A stretch of DNA of 63,990 bases, filler included, from Catajapyx aquilonaris (taxonomy: Eukaryota), in assembly GCA_000934665.2 (NCBI GenBank). It is 3 parts of 3 records of this genome, joined end to end, with 100 filler letters (N's around TTAATTAATTAA, not from the genome) between each part and the next. Parts side by side here need not be neighbours in the genome. Positions count along the whole stretch, not along the records: positions 23,674 to 44,179 come from JYFJ02006249.1; 2 more parts are not named here. One strand, given 5' to 3'. The notes beneath the pieces were generated by a model. That model saw only the letters and a program-made list of their open reading frames with translations. It ran no database searches and was not told the origin of the DNA. Each line of letters opens with the position of its first letter. The first letter of the stretch is position 1. The position numbers and the translations under genes were made by a program. Shown one piece after another: positions 25,366-37,658 of the stretch.

Positions 25366-28300
25366 ACTGCAGTGGGTAGTAACAGTTACCTAATGAAATG
25401 TACATGGATTAACTTCTTTCTAGTAATGCCAGGAATGTGTAAGATTTGATGACAGAGTTAGCAGTGATTAATTTCAAGTGCTGTTAATATTTCTTGCTTA
25501 ATGCATTACATAAGTTTTTTTAAAAATAGCCTGATGCGTTATGGCCAAATATTACTGCGGACAAGTGCTTTGACATTTTGCAGCCTGTTAGTGCCATTGT
25601 ACTCCACTACAGCCACCACATGATATTGGAAATTTTGTTGTTGGAGTACAATAGTGACGCAACATGGTGCAGAGACTTCACCATAGAGCAGTGCCATAGT
25701 TTTTTATAGCAATTGTTTGCAGTAATATTTGGCCAATAGTACCTCTTCCATTATGTTTATCATGTAGCAATTACAGTTAGACACAACACTATGCAACATG
25801 ACATGACCAACAGTTGCACCGTTGTTGGCAAAGAATGGCATAATGTTGGACACAACCTCTGTATTCAGATGGAATGTCCTGGTAGAGTTTGAGTTGTGAA
25901 AATCAGAGTTTCAAATAGGTAAAAATGCAATTTTCAACGTTCTGCATGGCCATGGGAGCAAAATGGAAACCTCTGGAAATCTTAGGTCAATTATATACGA
26001 GAAGAGTAGGTCATGCCCAATTGTTGGAGTTGCATGGTGTTTGCCAAAACTGACATTAGTGAAATAGAAGATGAGGCAACACTGGTTGCACCATGTGGAA
26101 ATCTCGGAAGGTTGATATTCCAGGCTATCAATTCTTACAATATACCTAACTACCGTCTTACTACACTGAGCTCCTCCAACCACCTATCCTATCCTTCCTC
26201 TCCAGTTGACAGGCTGCATCTGATGTCACTACTGAATGGCCATGCCAAGTAGGGACATTTTGGGTGTTTCATAATTATTTTGCTATTTTTTAAAAATGCG
26301 TTTGGGATGCAGTTCAATCTTTAACAATAGTCACATGTTATGTGAAGAATATTAAGTTACCATGTCCTTTTATAAATGTAGTTTGCCCCACGTGAAGTGG
26401 TACTTTTTAAAATTCTAACTGTCCAACTAGCTCGAGGGAATCCTCAGAGGCAAAGATTGGCAATGTTAAGTTGGTGCCAGCCACAAAGTTATAAAATAGA
26501 AGGGCATGCAAAGGGTCAGCATGACTGCTTGCACATGAATTTGATTACATATATATTTCAGTTAATAACGTGTGACTATTAGCCAGGGTCGGCATTTGAG
26601 TGGGGCAAGCGTGGCCCACACCCCAGGTCCCCGCGGTGGTGTAGAGGCGCAGAGGTACGAAACTTTTTAAAATATTGTAATTACTGAATAACAACAAAAT
26701 CTTGTACAAGTCAGGGGACTCTTTTAGAGGGTGAGGAGATGGTGGCAAGTGTGTCAATTCCCAGATTACGAACTAGCTAACACGTGTATTGCCATGGGAA
26801 CCCTCAAAATATAGGGATCATTCTCAGTCATGTTAATCCAGGAAAACATGAACTAAGTGCCCGTGCAAAGGTTGACCTTGACAGTGATGCCATGGAAAAT
26901 GGCGCAATCACTCATTTCAAACTCTGATCTTCACAACTCACAAACCTGACAGGAAAAGACTGAGTTTTGCTTTTGCCTAGGTTTTGTGAGGGACAATCTG
27001 AACTTAGAACTCATGGTGCACAAAAGCAAAATTGATTATGATAGGGATCTTCCGAATGTTCTATTTTCCTCTCTCTCTCTCTTCCAACCCAAAAATGTTT
27101 GTGTTCTGTGTGCAAATGTCCCTTAATGGCACTTTTTTTTTGTTTTCATGTGCAGTTGAATAATGCTGTATTACATGTTCATGGGAAAATTATAGATACA
27201 TGGATTTGGTATTGCTTAGTGGATATAAGTTAAGTTTTAAGTGTGCACAAAATGAACACTGCAAAGGCATAGGCCATGAAATAGTTGACTAGAAGAATCT
27301 TAAGTGCTGAGATTGATGCCTTGTCAACTTGTTCCATTTTGAGTTACCTAGGACTTAAATGAGCTAAGGAAGCATGAGGTGTGATCCGACTTTTTTCCAA
27401 TCTAATGCAGTAACTTGACAGAGCTTTCTTTTCTTGTACAAATTAAACGTATGTTTCTAAGGTATGTTATGCAGAATGAAATCATGTTTTTTTTCATATT
27501 GTATGTGCAACCTTCCACCTGAGGGAGAAAATTTGTGGGCCACATAAATGGAAACACTAAACAATAAATGTTTTTTTTGTCTAAAAGGACCACCTGTTTT
27601 GAGCTTGTTTCAAATCTGTTTGCAACTGGGAGCCAACTCATGCCTGACAATGAGTGAGAAAGGGATGTGAGGGGCAGTAATGCTATGCTTACCACAGAAA
27701 TTGGTATGGACTGGTAACAGGTAAAACAAGTCGGACACTGGTTAACAATGGCTCTTGCACAATGGAAGACGGAATGTTCCATGACTTGACATCATGACTC
27801 CCTGATATAAATTTTAAGTTGTAATTACCGACATGCTACTGTATATAACAACACTAGTTGGTGGCAGTTGACATGTAAGTGTCAAGCATCAGTCATCAAA
27901 TGACACTGCTGGAAACCATTGGTGATGGCAATGGCACATTTTTGTTGACTGAGAGTGTAGTAAATTAATGGGCTTGATATTGGTGCCACAATTGACAGTG
28001 ACTTCTTTTTGTCAGAGAATACTGTGAGTTCCTAATCTTTCCATGGGTGGCTCAAAGCATCATGTTCTCATTATACACATTTCATCATCATCATCATCAT
28101 CAACAACAACATCACGACATTTCCCTATGAGGGGTAGTCAGCGATGAAGGGAGACGCAAGCTAACCCAACATATGAACTAAATTAAAGCTTGTGAAAATA
28201 AACCTATAAACAACCTGTCCCCCCCACCCCCTCAGATGACAGACACTGAGTATTAAATTTAAATATTACACTATGCAATACGGTACTTCACCAAATCAAG

Positions 28301-28440
28301 CCCCCTCGCCACCAGCCACTACTCCGGACGCCCTGGCCACGCCGACGTGTATGGCACCACCCTTGCACCTCATCGACCCAAGGACGTCCCCTCTACACGC
28401 CAGAATGAAGGAAGCCTTATCCTCAAACCTATTTACCTAT

Positions 28441-28680
28441 TTACCCATTAATTAACCTATGCCATTTACACCTATCCAAACAAACAACCTTAGCCTCAGC
28501 CACGTCCATGGTCCTATTGACACATGAATGTCTCAGTTTAACACTAGCAACACCCTTAAGACACTGACCCACCTGGTCCAACCATGTCTTCCTAGGCCTA
28601 CCCTTGCCCCTCTTACCAACTACTCCACCCAAATAAACCTTCTTCACAATCTCCTCCTCCTTCATCCTCTCCGCATACAC
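28441..28680 (-). mobile_element. RTE-like LINE 3' fragment
   Basis: ERMKEEEIVKKVYLGGVVGKRGKGRPRKTWLDQV motif. Confidence 0.8.
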
Positions 28681-29093
28681 ATTTAGAAGACCAAAAACCT
28701 TGAGCTGAAATTCATGGCATCAAAACCATTCAGAGGCTTTTAATAATAAGAATAATAATAATAATCTTACAGTTAGACACCCTATTCTAGCCATCTCAGT
28801 GATCTCACCAATCTCACATGTTTGCATCCTGTTGAGGGGGAAAAAAACGTTGATGTGGAGCACCTGGGGGCCAATGAATCCAACAATACTTGAGAAAATT
28901 AATAAACATTTCAGATTTGCTTAGAAAAAAGTTTTATTCATTTGTTTCACAAGTTATAAAACTTTCACACAACTTAGGAGTTTCTAGTTGGACAGCGTAG
29001 TCCAAAGGCGTAGTCCTTTCCACCCTGTTAAAGCTATGGCATGCCCCGAATTCCCCGGAAGAAACCTGAAAAGAATAAACCAAATTATTATTG

Positions 29094-29437
29094 GGGGAGG
29101 CACGGTGGCCGAGATGGTAACGTCTTGGCTTGCTATGCGAAAGGTCCCGGGTTCAAATCCCCACCCGGGAACAAACCTTTCGCTTGCATCAATGGGTCGT
29201 GACCCGCGCCTAAGGAGGCGTCTTGGCAACCTGACCTCCTGGGGGACTGCACCTGGCCCACCGCTGGACAATGCACCTGCACATGTGTCCCTCCCCAAAT
29301 CCCCCTACCCTTACCCAATTTCCTAGTATTCCTTGCACCGGTGATCGAAGAAAAATACAAGTTGAAAACTGTATGGTGGTCTGCCACCCCCCTGTAACGA
29401 CCTAGTAGTTGTATCACGGGGTAAATAAAATAAAATA
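29094..29437 (+). mobile_element. tRNA-derived SINE, family 3
   Basis: Head ggtggccgagatggtaa...ggttcaaatccc; about 20-bp TSD aataaaccaaattattattg. Second copy at 62320. Confidence 0.9.
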
Positions 29438-30049
29438 AATAAACCAAATTATTATTGAGTTCAAAAGTATTACAACAATAAGAAAATGATTGACAACCCA
29501 AAGAACAAAACCAAGGATGGCCAAAATTGTAGTTAACATATACTCCAGTTACAACTTACATGTGCAATGTGTGTTTCACTTCTCACAAATAAGGCTGATG
29601 AGAAGCAAGAAGGAACCAGCAGATGGCCAAGGAAAGTGGTAACAGGCATGATATGGAAATTAGGGTCACATAATTATTCTTGGGAAAGAAAGGAAAAAAT
29701 CCTGGTGGGAGGAAAATATAGTTACATTTTACTCTCCAACCAATACTGCCTCGAGTCTAGACCCGAAGCCTCAGCAGCCACGGAAGGGAAAAGAACCATA
29801 TCAGAACTCAATGACCCTCAACCTGGAGCAACAATACTCAATACTGCATTAGTACTGACTGTTGGAAATTTTGGAACCTATCTCATTTGCTTACATTATA
29901 TTATTTTGTCTAAAGTTACCGCATGTCAATTTGTTCTATGTCACTGTGTCACTGGAATCAATCCCCAGCCTAAACGGGGTACTTCCTGTATAATACAGGA
30001 AGCTACCCAGTAAGGGAATAAACCGTAAACTGTATTTCCATACAATCAA

Positions 30050-30473
30050 AGTATCGATAATAACACATAATAATGATGTGTCACTTCCCCCGACCCCCCC
30101 GACCATGGCCCCCGACCGACCCCCCCGACCGATTTGAACAAAACAAACGGCGATATTTTATCGTATAGGACCGCGTATCGGACGATCCTCCATGAATAAG
30201 AAACTTACTGAACCGACACATACGTGACACATATCGATACTGGAGTTGGGAATATTTGAGAATATCGGCGTCGTCTGCTAAGCCAGCTAATCCGCACCAC
30301 GCTGCATGCACGCGTTGCTCTGACACTGCTGCACGTTCGCCTCCGCTATTCTGTCACAAGAATACGACACGTCTGGAACAGAGAAGCAGTTGTTCGACTT
30401 GTCCTGACATTCCTAGGATTGCAGGAGCTTTCCGGTGTTCCAACGCGGGCTATAATCACACATCCAGGTAAAT
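30050..30473 (+). promoter_or_regulatory. CpG-rich promoter plus probable non-coding first exon, copy 1
   Basis: DRE TATCGATA at 30052 and 30232, local CpG enrichment, donor CAG|GTAAAT at 30467/30468. Lies upstream of ZF cassette B. Confidence 0.6.
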
Positions 30474-30656
30474 ATGTGCGGGTGTTAAACGATCGAAATC
30501 CCAGCATTTTTGTGACGTTGGAGGACTTTGGCGAAGGGATGTTCAAATCGTATACATTGACTCTGTATAAGTATATGGCCCATTTTTATACAGGAAAAAG
30601 GTGTAAGCTAGGGCGCACTTTATCCTCCCGAAAATAATGCAGGTTATTTCTACATG

Positions 30657-31722
30657 TACTGTACTCCCGATTATCCGGTGCGGATTATCTGTGCATCTCC
30701 AAACAATGAAGTTTAAATTTAAAGTCCAAAAAAATTGGTCGAATTTTTGTCACACTGCTAGATACTGCTAACTTCTTTTTTTTAGTAGCCTATAGTTGAC
30801 TCCAGTTATAACAGACTTCAGGACCGCAGAAAAAGTACGTTATAAACGGAGGTCTGTTATTATATATAGGCACTTTTGGAACAATTGTTGCAAAAGTGGC
30901 CATTTGGCTAAAACAAATACGCAGTTTTCTGCTTTCCATATATGCTTATAATGCCCACTTCTGCATATACACATTAATGAAACTACAAATATTCAATATT
31001 AGCTCACCCGTTAATTATGGAGGACAAAAAAAAAACCACACAGTTTTCATCTGCCATCCCCTTGTTGACAAATATAACAGAAAAATATGATTCGGAGTAG
31101 CTTAGCTACAGCTGACAGATGCGAAAATCAACCCTACTCACCAGTATTCTCTGCCTTCTGCCTGCACATGGGAAGGGAAGCTGAATAATCAAAAATCGCA
31201 TATTTTTCTGCCGAGGGGGAAAAAACGGTCTGTTGTAGCTTGGAGGTGAGGTGAAAATGAGTCTCTTATATCAGGAGTAAACACAAAGCCTTATGGAAGT
31301 ATGCTGGGACCAGGCTTTCTAGTCTGTTGTAGCCGCAAGGGTGTTATCACTGGAGTCAACTGTAGTACGGTACCGGTGCCAACACTGATACAGCATCAGT
31401 TAATAAACACTATGAGTGGAATTTTCGTCCCACTGCTAGTTACTGCTAAGTTAGCAGTAACTAGCAGTGGGACGAAAATGTGACCCACTGTCAATGTCTC
31501 ACAAACGAAGAAATATAACCGACATTTTCTAGGAGACAAAGTAAAAGTTATAGTAAGTTTTATTATTTTGATTCAACCAAGCAACATATTCTCTGTACAG
31601 TAGTAGGCCTACAATAAAAACCTGTGTAAAGCTCACTTTTTACAATGTGTAGGACCCCTTTCCGATTATTCGGTGACACAAGTGCAGTCATTAGCCTGGA
31701 TAATTGGGAGCGAGTATTGTGT
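30657..31722. mobile_element. Tigger/pogo-like MITE with a second one nested at 30793-31362
   Basis: Ends ctgtactcccgattatcc / ggataattgggag. Homologous (inverted) to 35253-35666. Inner element ends agttgactccag / ctggagtcaactg-TA. Confidence 0.75.
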
Positions 31723-32498
31723 ATTACTTGAATCTCCTCGATGCGCTGAGTTGAGTGACACTATTCGTATTGCGCAGAAATGGTTGGTTCAAAAGTTATT
31801 GAATTTTGAAATGGCATGTAATTAAAAATACTATGCAACACGATATTTGTCCATGGAAATTCATCGCTATTTCGCGATTTTTTCCCTTCTCAACAGTTTG
31901 CACAATATGGATGAAACGTGATATGCAGCATTATGAGATCAGTGTATACAGATGTAATTTTTTCCAGCAAAATCCGAGATGGTCTAGCAACATTTAGGGC
32001 TACTTTATTCCTTATGACCCCTACATTTTGAGGATTTTGGTTTTTTGACTGCCCCGAGGTCAAAAACAAATTCCAGACAAAATGAACCGTCATTATGAGC
32101 TATGAGTGACCTAAGGAACATGGAAATAGTGATGAATTTCCATGCACAGAAAAGGTTGAGTTTTGTTTCATAGTGAAGTCTAAGTAAGAATAAACAAGTG
32201 TTCATTTGTTGAAACTGTTTACTCCTATTGTTGCGTGAGGGTATCTTCATGGTAATTTTAGAATTTATTTGTAGGTTCTGTGTCCACAACATTACTGTCA
32301 GGCTTGTGGCATTGTAGATGGAGATGTTGTGTGATGTGGCTCTACTAAAGCCACAATTACGTTGGCCTGCGCGCCACAAGACTGACAGTGTATTGTTCCG
32401 GTTAGACAACCCACAATAAGTGCCCAGCTCGCTAATGCTTGCAATTAACTACAATTGTGTGTGTGTTTGGAATAGTAACATAATATTATTTTCATCAG

Positions 32499-32936
32499 GA
32501 GAAGCAACCAAGAAGGCAGGATACCAGAGCTCCAACTGAAATGAACAGTACTATGCTTAGATGTGAAGAATGTCGTATTACCTTCAGTTCAGATGAGGAG
32601 TTAGTCAGTCACAAGGTAGCCCATCAGCTACCATACAAGTGCAATATATGCAATCAGGCATTCCCATCAGTGGAAATTATAATGACTCACTTCTCAATCC
32701 ATCACCACAATCTGAAGACATGGAATAATTCCGCAACGGTCAGTGATTTGCCTTATACCCCGAGTGCCAACTCATTTTTACCATGTAATTCTGTATTTCA
32801 GAATGTGCAGCCAACAGCTGGTAGGCTGACAGATTCCATTCAGAGTTCCCAACAAACCCAGAGTGTAAGACAAGAACAGCAGGCACATATGCAAGAGAAT
32901 AGGCCTACAGGAACTTCCCCAATATACCTGGATTAA
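32499..32936 (+). CDS. C2H2 zinc-finger cassette B (2 fingers; third finger deleted), paralogue of A
   Basis: Acceptor tttcatcag at 32498, ATG 32541. Fingers CEEC..H..H and CNIC..H..H. Possible in-frame 63-nt intron 32739-32801. About 170 bp missing relative to A before the stop. Confidence 0.75.
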   Translation, partial: EKQPRRQDTRAPTEMNSTMLRCEECRITFSSDEELVSHKVAHQLPYKCNICNQAFPSVEIIMTHFSIHHHNLKTWNNSATVSDLPYTPSANSFLPCNSVFQNVQPTAGRLTDSIQSSQQTQSVRQEQQAHMQENRPTGTSPIYLD

Positions 32937-33795
32937 CTTCTTTCTAGTAATGCCAGGAATGTGTAAGATTTGATGACAGAGTTAGCAGTGATTAATTGCA
33001 AGCGCTGTTAATAAGTCTTGCTTAATGCATTGCATAACATTTTTTTAAAAATAGCCTAATGCATTATGGACAAATATTACTGCAGACAAGTGGTTTGACA
33101 TTTTGCAGCCTGTTAGTGCCATTGCACTCCACTACAGCCACTACATGACATTGGAAATTTTGTTGTTGGAGTACAATAGTGACACAACATAATGCAGAGA
33201 CTGTACCATAGAGCAGTGCCATAGTTTTTAAAGCGCTTGTTTGCTGTAATACTTGGCCAGTAGTACCCCTTCCATTATGGTTATCATGTCGCAATTAAGG
33301 TTAGACACAACACTATGCAACATGACATGACCAACAGTTGCACAGTTGTTGGCAAAGAATGGCGTAGTGTAGGACACAACCGCTGCATTCAGATGGAATG
33401 TCCTGGTAGAGTTTGAGTTGTGAAAATCAGAGTTTCAAATAGGTAAAAATGCAATTTTCAACGTTCTGCATGGCCACGGGAGGAAAATGGAAACCTCTGG
33501 AAATTTTAGGTCAATTATATACGAGAAGAGTAGGTCATGCGCAATTGTTGGAGTTGCATGGTGTTTGCCAAAACTGACATTAGTGAAATAGAAGATGAGG
33601 CAACACTGGTTGCACCATGTGGAAATCTCGGAAGGTTGATATTCCAGGCTATCAATTCTTACAATATAGCTGACTACCGTCTTACTACCCTGAGCTCCCC
33701 CAACCACCTATCCTATCCTTCCTCTCCAGTTGACAGGCTGCATCTGATGTCACTACTGAATGGCCATGCCAAAAAGTGACATTTTGGGTGACAAT

Positions 33796-34123
33796 GGGGC
33801 CGTCCAGACGGGCCGACCTTAGCCGCGGCCGGCACCGGCCCCGGCCCCGGCTTGCGGAGCCACGGCTGGCCACGGTACCCGTTCAGACGGGCACATATTT
33901 TAATAACAGCCACCCGCATTATAATAGTGGCCGGTAGTCATGGCAGCGACGAAAAACAAGTGACGCGCAGTATCCGTCGCCGAGGCCAAGCCGTGGCCAA
34001 GCAGCGAGCCAACTTGGCCGACTTCTGAGCCGTGGCCTGGCCGTGGCCGTTGCCGTGTGAACCGTCGCGGCCTCGACCAGCCGCGGCTGGCCGCGGCTAA
34101 GGTCGGCCCGTCTGGACGGCCCC
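33796..34123. mobile_element. Young GC-rich MITE specific to duplication copy B
   Basis: Perfect 35-bp TIR ggggccgtccagacgggccgaccttagccgcggcc; 3-bp TSD AAT; CpGs intact. Confidence 0.92.
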
Positions 34124-35252
34124 AATGTTCTGCTAGTTGGTGGTGCCAGCCGCAAAGTAAGAAAAAGTAGGGCATGCAAAGGCTCGCCATGACTGCTTGC
34201 ACAAGAATTTAATGAATTATATGTTTCAGTTAATAATGTGTGACTATTAGGCATGACCTATCATTGCTGTAAAAATAAAAAATAAAATGCTTGCACTTTC
34301 CAGTTTCCTCCCATGGTTCTTGGAAAGTTGAAAAATGGCACATTAGCTAATTTCAAACTCTGGTCTTTGTAACTCACAAACCTGACAGGAAAAGACTGAG
34401 TTTTGCTTTTGCCTAGACATTGTGATGTACAATCTGAACTAAAACACATGGTGCACAGAAGCATAATTGATTATGATAGGAACATTCTAAATGTTCTATT
34501 TTTATGTCTGTTTCAGCCGAAAATGTTTGATTTCAGTGTGCAATTATCCCATAATGCCCCTGTTTTATCTTGAGTGCACTTGAAAAATTCTGTATTACAT
34601 TTCCAAGGGAAAATGTTAGATGCTTTGATTTTATATTGATAAGTGGATGTAAGTTGTTGGAAAAGAAATGAACACTCCAAATGTGCAGACTGAAATAGTT
34701 GACTCTAGCAGTATCTTAAGTGCTGATCATGATGCCTTGTCAACTTATTCCATTGTCAGTTACCTCAGACATAAATAAGTTACGGAAACATCAGAGCATT
34801 TGGGGATGACTGACATTTTACTTATGGAATCAAATATCTCCAACTTGACACAGCTTTTTTTTTTTGCTGCAGAAAATCAAACCTTTGTTTCTAAGGTATG
34901 TAAATGCAGAATGTAACCATATTTTTTCTTATAGTATGTGTAACCTTCCACCTGAGGTGTACAATGAACTTTTGGTAAAAAACAGATAATACCACTCATT
35001 TCTTGCATCCTCAGAAACCATTTCAAGTTATGGCCTCTCCATACATTCATGGGAAGTGACCTTTTGAGCTGGTTTCTAATCTGTTTGTAACTGGGAACCA
35101 ACCTGACATCACACCAGCCCTGTTTTCTGAGCATGCGCAGTAGTATACTTACTGAGAGATTATAATAATGAGAGAAATATAATACCATGTATTAAAACCT
35201 GTAACAGAGGAATTGACTGTACAGACTGACATTTAAACTGATAAGGGAAGTA

Positions 35253-35666
35253 CACTGTACTCCCGATTATCTGGGCTAATGACTGAATGGGTGTTGCCAG
35301 ATAATGGGAAAGTGGTCCTAGACATCATAAAAAATGAGCTAATCACAGGTTTTTAATGTACCATACTACTGTATAGAGAGTAGGTTGCTTGGTTGAATCA
35401 AAATAATAACACTAATCGTAGATTTTTACTTTGTCTTCTAGAAACTGTTTTATATTTCTTCGTTGGCAAGACATTGACAGTGAGTGGAATTATTCTCCCA
35501 CCGCTAGTTACTGCTAACTTAGCAATACTGGTGTTGGCACATTGCTAATTTAGCAGTGGGATGAAAATTCAACCCATTTTTTCAAACTGTAATAATATTA
35601 TTTTAAATGGTATTTTTTGGCAATACATGAATAATTCGCACCCGGATAATAATCGGGAGTACAGTG
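35253..35666. mobile_element. Tigger/pogo-like MITE
   Basis: TA-cactgtactcccgattat ... ataatcgggagtacagtg-TA. A partial copy starts at about 63426. Confidence 0.85.
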
Positions 35667-37658
35667 TATACTGCAGTGTGAAGTTGAAGACAATCAATAG
35701 CATCAAGTTCACTGGAAATCCATTTATTACTTCATATTTATGCCACCACTGACATCTGTAGTTATAGTTCTAAGTCGAAAATTGCACATTTGATGTGAAT
35801 GTGCCATGTTCACTGCTCTGCAGATGATGATGCATTTTCATGTGCATGTTTCATGCCCAGAGCAACCATTGCTAGAGTAGCAATACATTTTGACAGTCCA
35901 GGCAGCCCAAGGTTTTTGGAATTACAAGATCTCTCATAGCAGCACTGGAACTTGGGTACTGTACTAAAGGCACAAGCATCAAGAGTAACTTTCAACAAGG
36001 AAAGATAACAGAACCTAAGTTCCATTACCATCTCTTTACACTAGGGGATACACTGGGGGATTAACATAATTATATGAAGATATAAAAATATCTAGCCATT
36101 TCTCAATAACGCTTCATAAATCAAGCTTAATGTTTAAGAACATATTCTCTTCATGTAAAACAAACCGTAAACCTATTGCAAATTTTTATAACGCCTCGAC
36201 CAATAGCTCTCATGTGATAAAAATTCTAAAATAATATCATTTTATGCATATAATAATTAAAGTAATATCAAAGCATAATTTCAGTCTTTGCATGCTGCAG
36301 GATATAAATGCCCACACCTATTCAATTTTTACTGCACACATTTTTGTTTTGTTTTAGTGTTTTCAGTTGACAAAGAAATTGAACACACATCAACTTTTAA
36401 AACTGACAAATCGAGAACATTTTATTACATCATCTGAGTTTTCTCCAAGAGTATTAATATTAACTTCTTTCCACAAATCTGAGTGAATCTTATCCTTTGA
36501 AAAATAAACTACTCTCTTATTATATATTTGTAATTTTAAATAAGATCTGGGAACAGGTCACAGAAAAGTTCAGTCTTTCAACACAGTGCCGAGACACCAG
36601 CACTATGGCACTTTTATAACTTCGTGACAAGCCACTTAACACTTCACCTCACATTGTCTGACCCAAACATACTCACAATAATGTGGAATCAGAGCCCCAT
36701 ATCTGCTTTTCATTAACTTATGGTGGAAGCAAAAACTGCCGTTCAGTGCTACGCAGTGAAACTGGAAAGAATGTGGTGCATTCCCCAGAGCTCCATGTGA
36801 GAATCTATTATTAGAGTAGTTAGTAGAGGGAAGGGCATAGCAGGGGAGAGTTAAGAATCTTCAAAACTTGGATGCTTCCTAACTTACTTATTCGAGATTC
36901 CTTCCCTGCACTCCACTCCCAACAACCCAACTCCACCTCCGAAGCAGTCAGGTTACCAATCTCATTGAGCCTTCCTCCTCCATGATTAATAATTAATCGA
37001 ATCCTTGAGGTGTAGTTGCCTGGGGCATATTGCAGTCCTTCCAGTTTCACTACGTATAGTGGTGGTACGGCGGCCAAAAAAAGCCTTTGTTGATTGTTGC
37101 TGTTTGTTCAGTCTGTGTTTCTCCAGATCATATGAATCACTAGTGGCATGTATAGAGATTTAAAAAACACTGTCTTGAAGCAATACTACGCAGGCCTATG
37201 TACAGCATTAAACTGTCTAACCCCAGTCAACACTTCCAGTGTTTGCCCAAGATGCTCATTTTAAAGCAGTTACATTGGGACAGTTAGAGTTAGGTATTAT
37301 CATGCGTATCATCTGCTAATATTAAGCCAACTTGGACCATCCATCCACCCTCTGATTTACAATACATTTCCAACTGATAGTAGACTATTCGAACAATAGA
37401 TATCATATTTTCATGATATAACCCATTTTCTGCAGGCCCCTGCAGACTTGAATGGATGGGTCTATGCAACTAATAATAGCAGCTACCATTTTTTGATGGC
37501 TGTTCCAAAGTATATGACAAAATCACATGCAGATTATGACACAAAATCACAAATGTAAAAATACGTCTGCTTGAAACACACTGGACTTGTGCAACACACC
37601 CTAATGTATTGTCCTCCATTTGATCATTTGACCTAATGGCTTTCAGTTCCACTGGGTG

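Larger units (their letters stand above)
24570..27640 (+). repeat. Segmental duplication, copy A (pairs with about 32465-35100)
   Basis: Colinear similarity from ttggaatagtaacataa through the ZF exon and about 2.3 kb of downstream sequence. Confidence 0.92.
32465..35100 (+). repeat. Segmental duplication, copy B
   Basis: Colinear with 24570-27640; each copy has its own MITE insertions. Confidence 0.92.

Noticed and set aside
26013..26252. Nearly identical 79-80 aa ORF in both duplication copies (also 33537-33779)
   Set aside because: No recognisable domain, lies within an old inverted-repeat element, and is explained by DNA-level identity.
29094..29170. tRNA-like heads (also about 3740, 10000, 10690, 46095, 62580) as tRNA genes
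   Set aside because: They continue into SINE bodies with tails, several have TSDs, and no complete cloverleaf is evident.
36820..37077. 85-aa ORF as a downstream exon of the BTB gene
   Set aside because: Lies within a decayed inverted-repeat element (about 36735-37075) with no convincing acceptor or domain.
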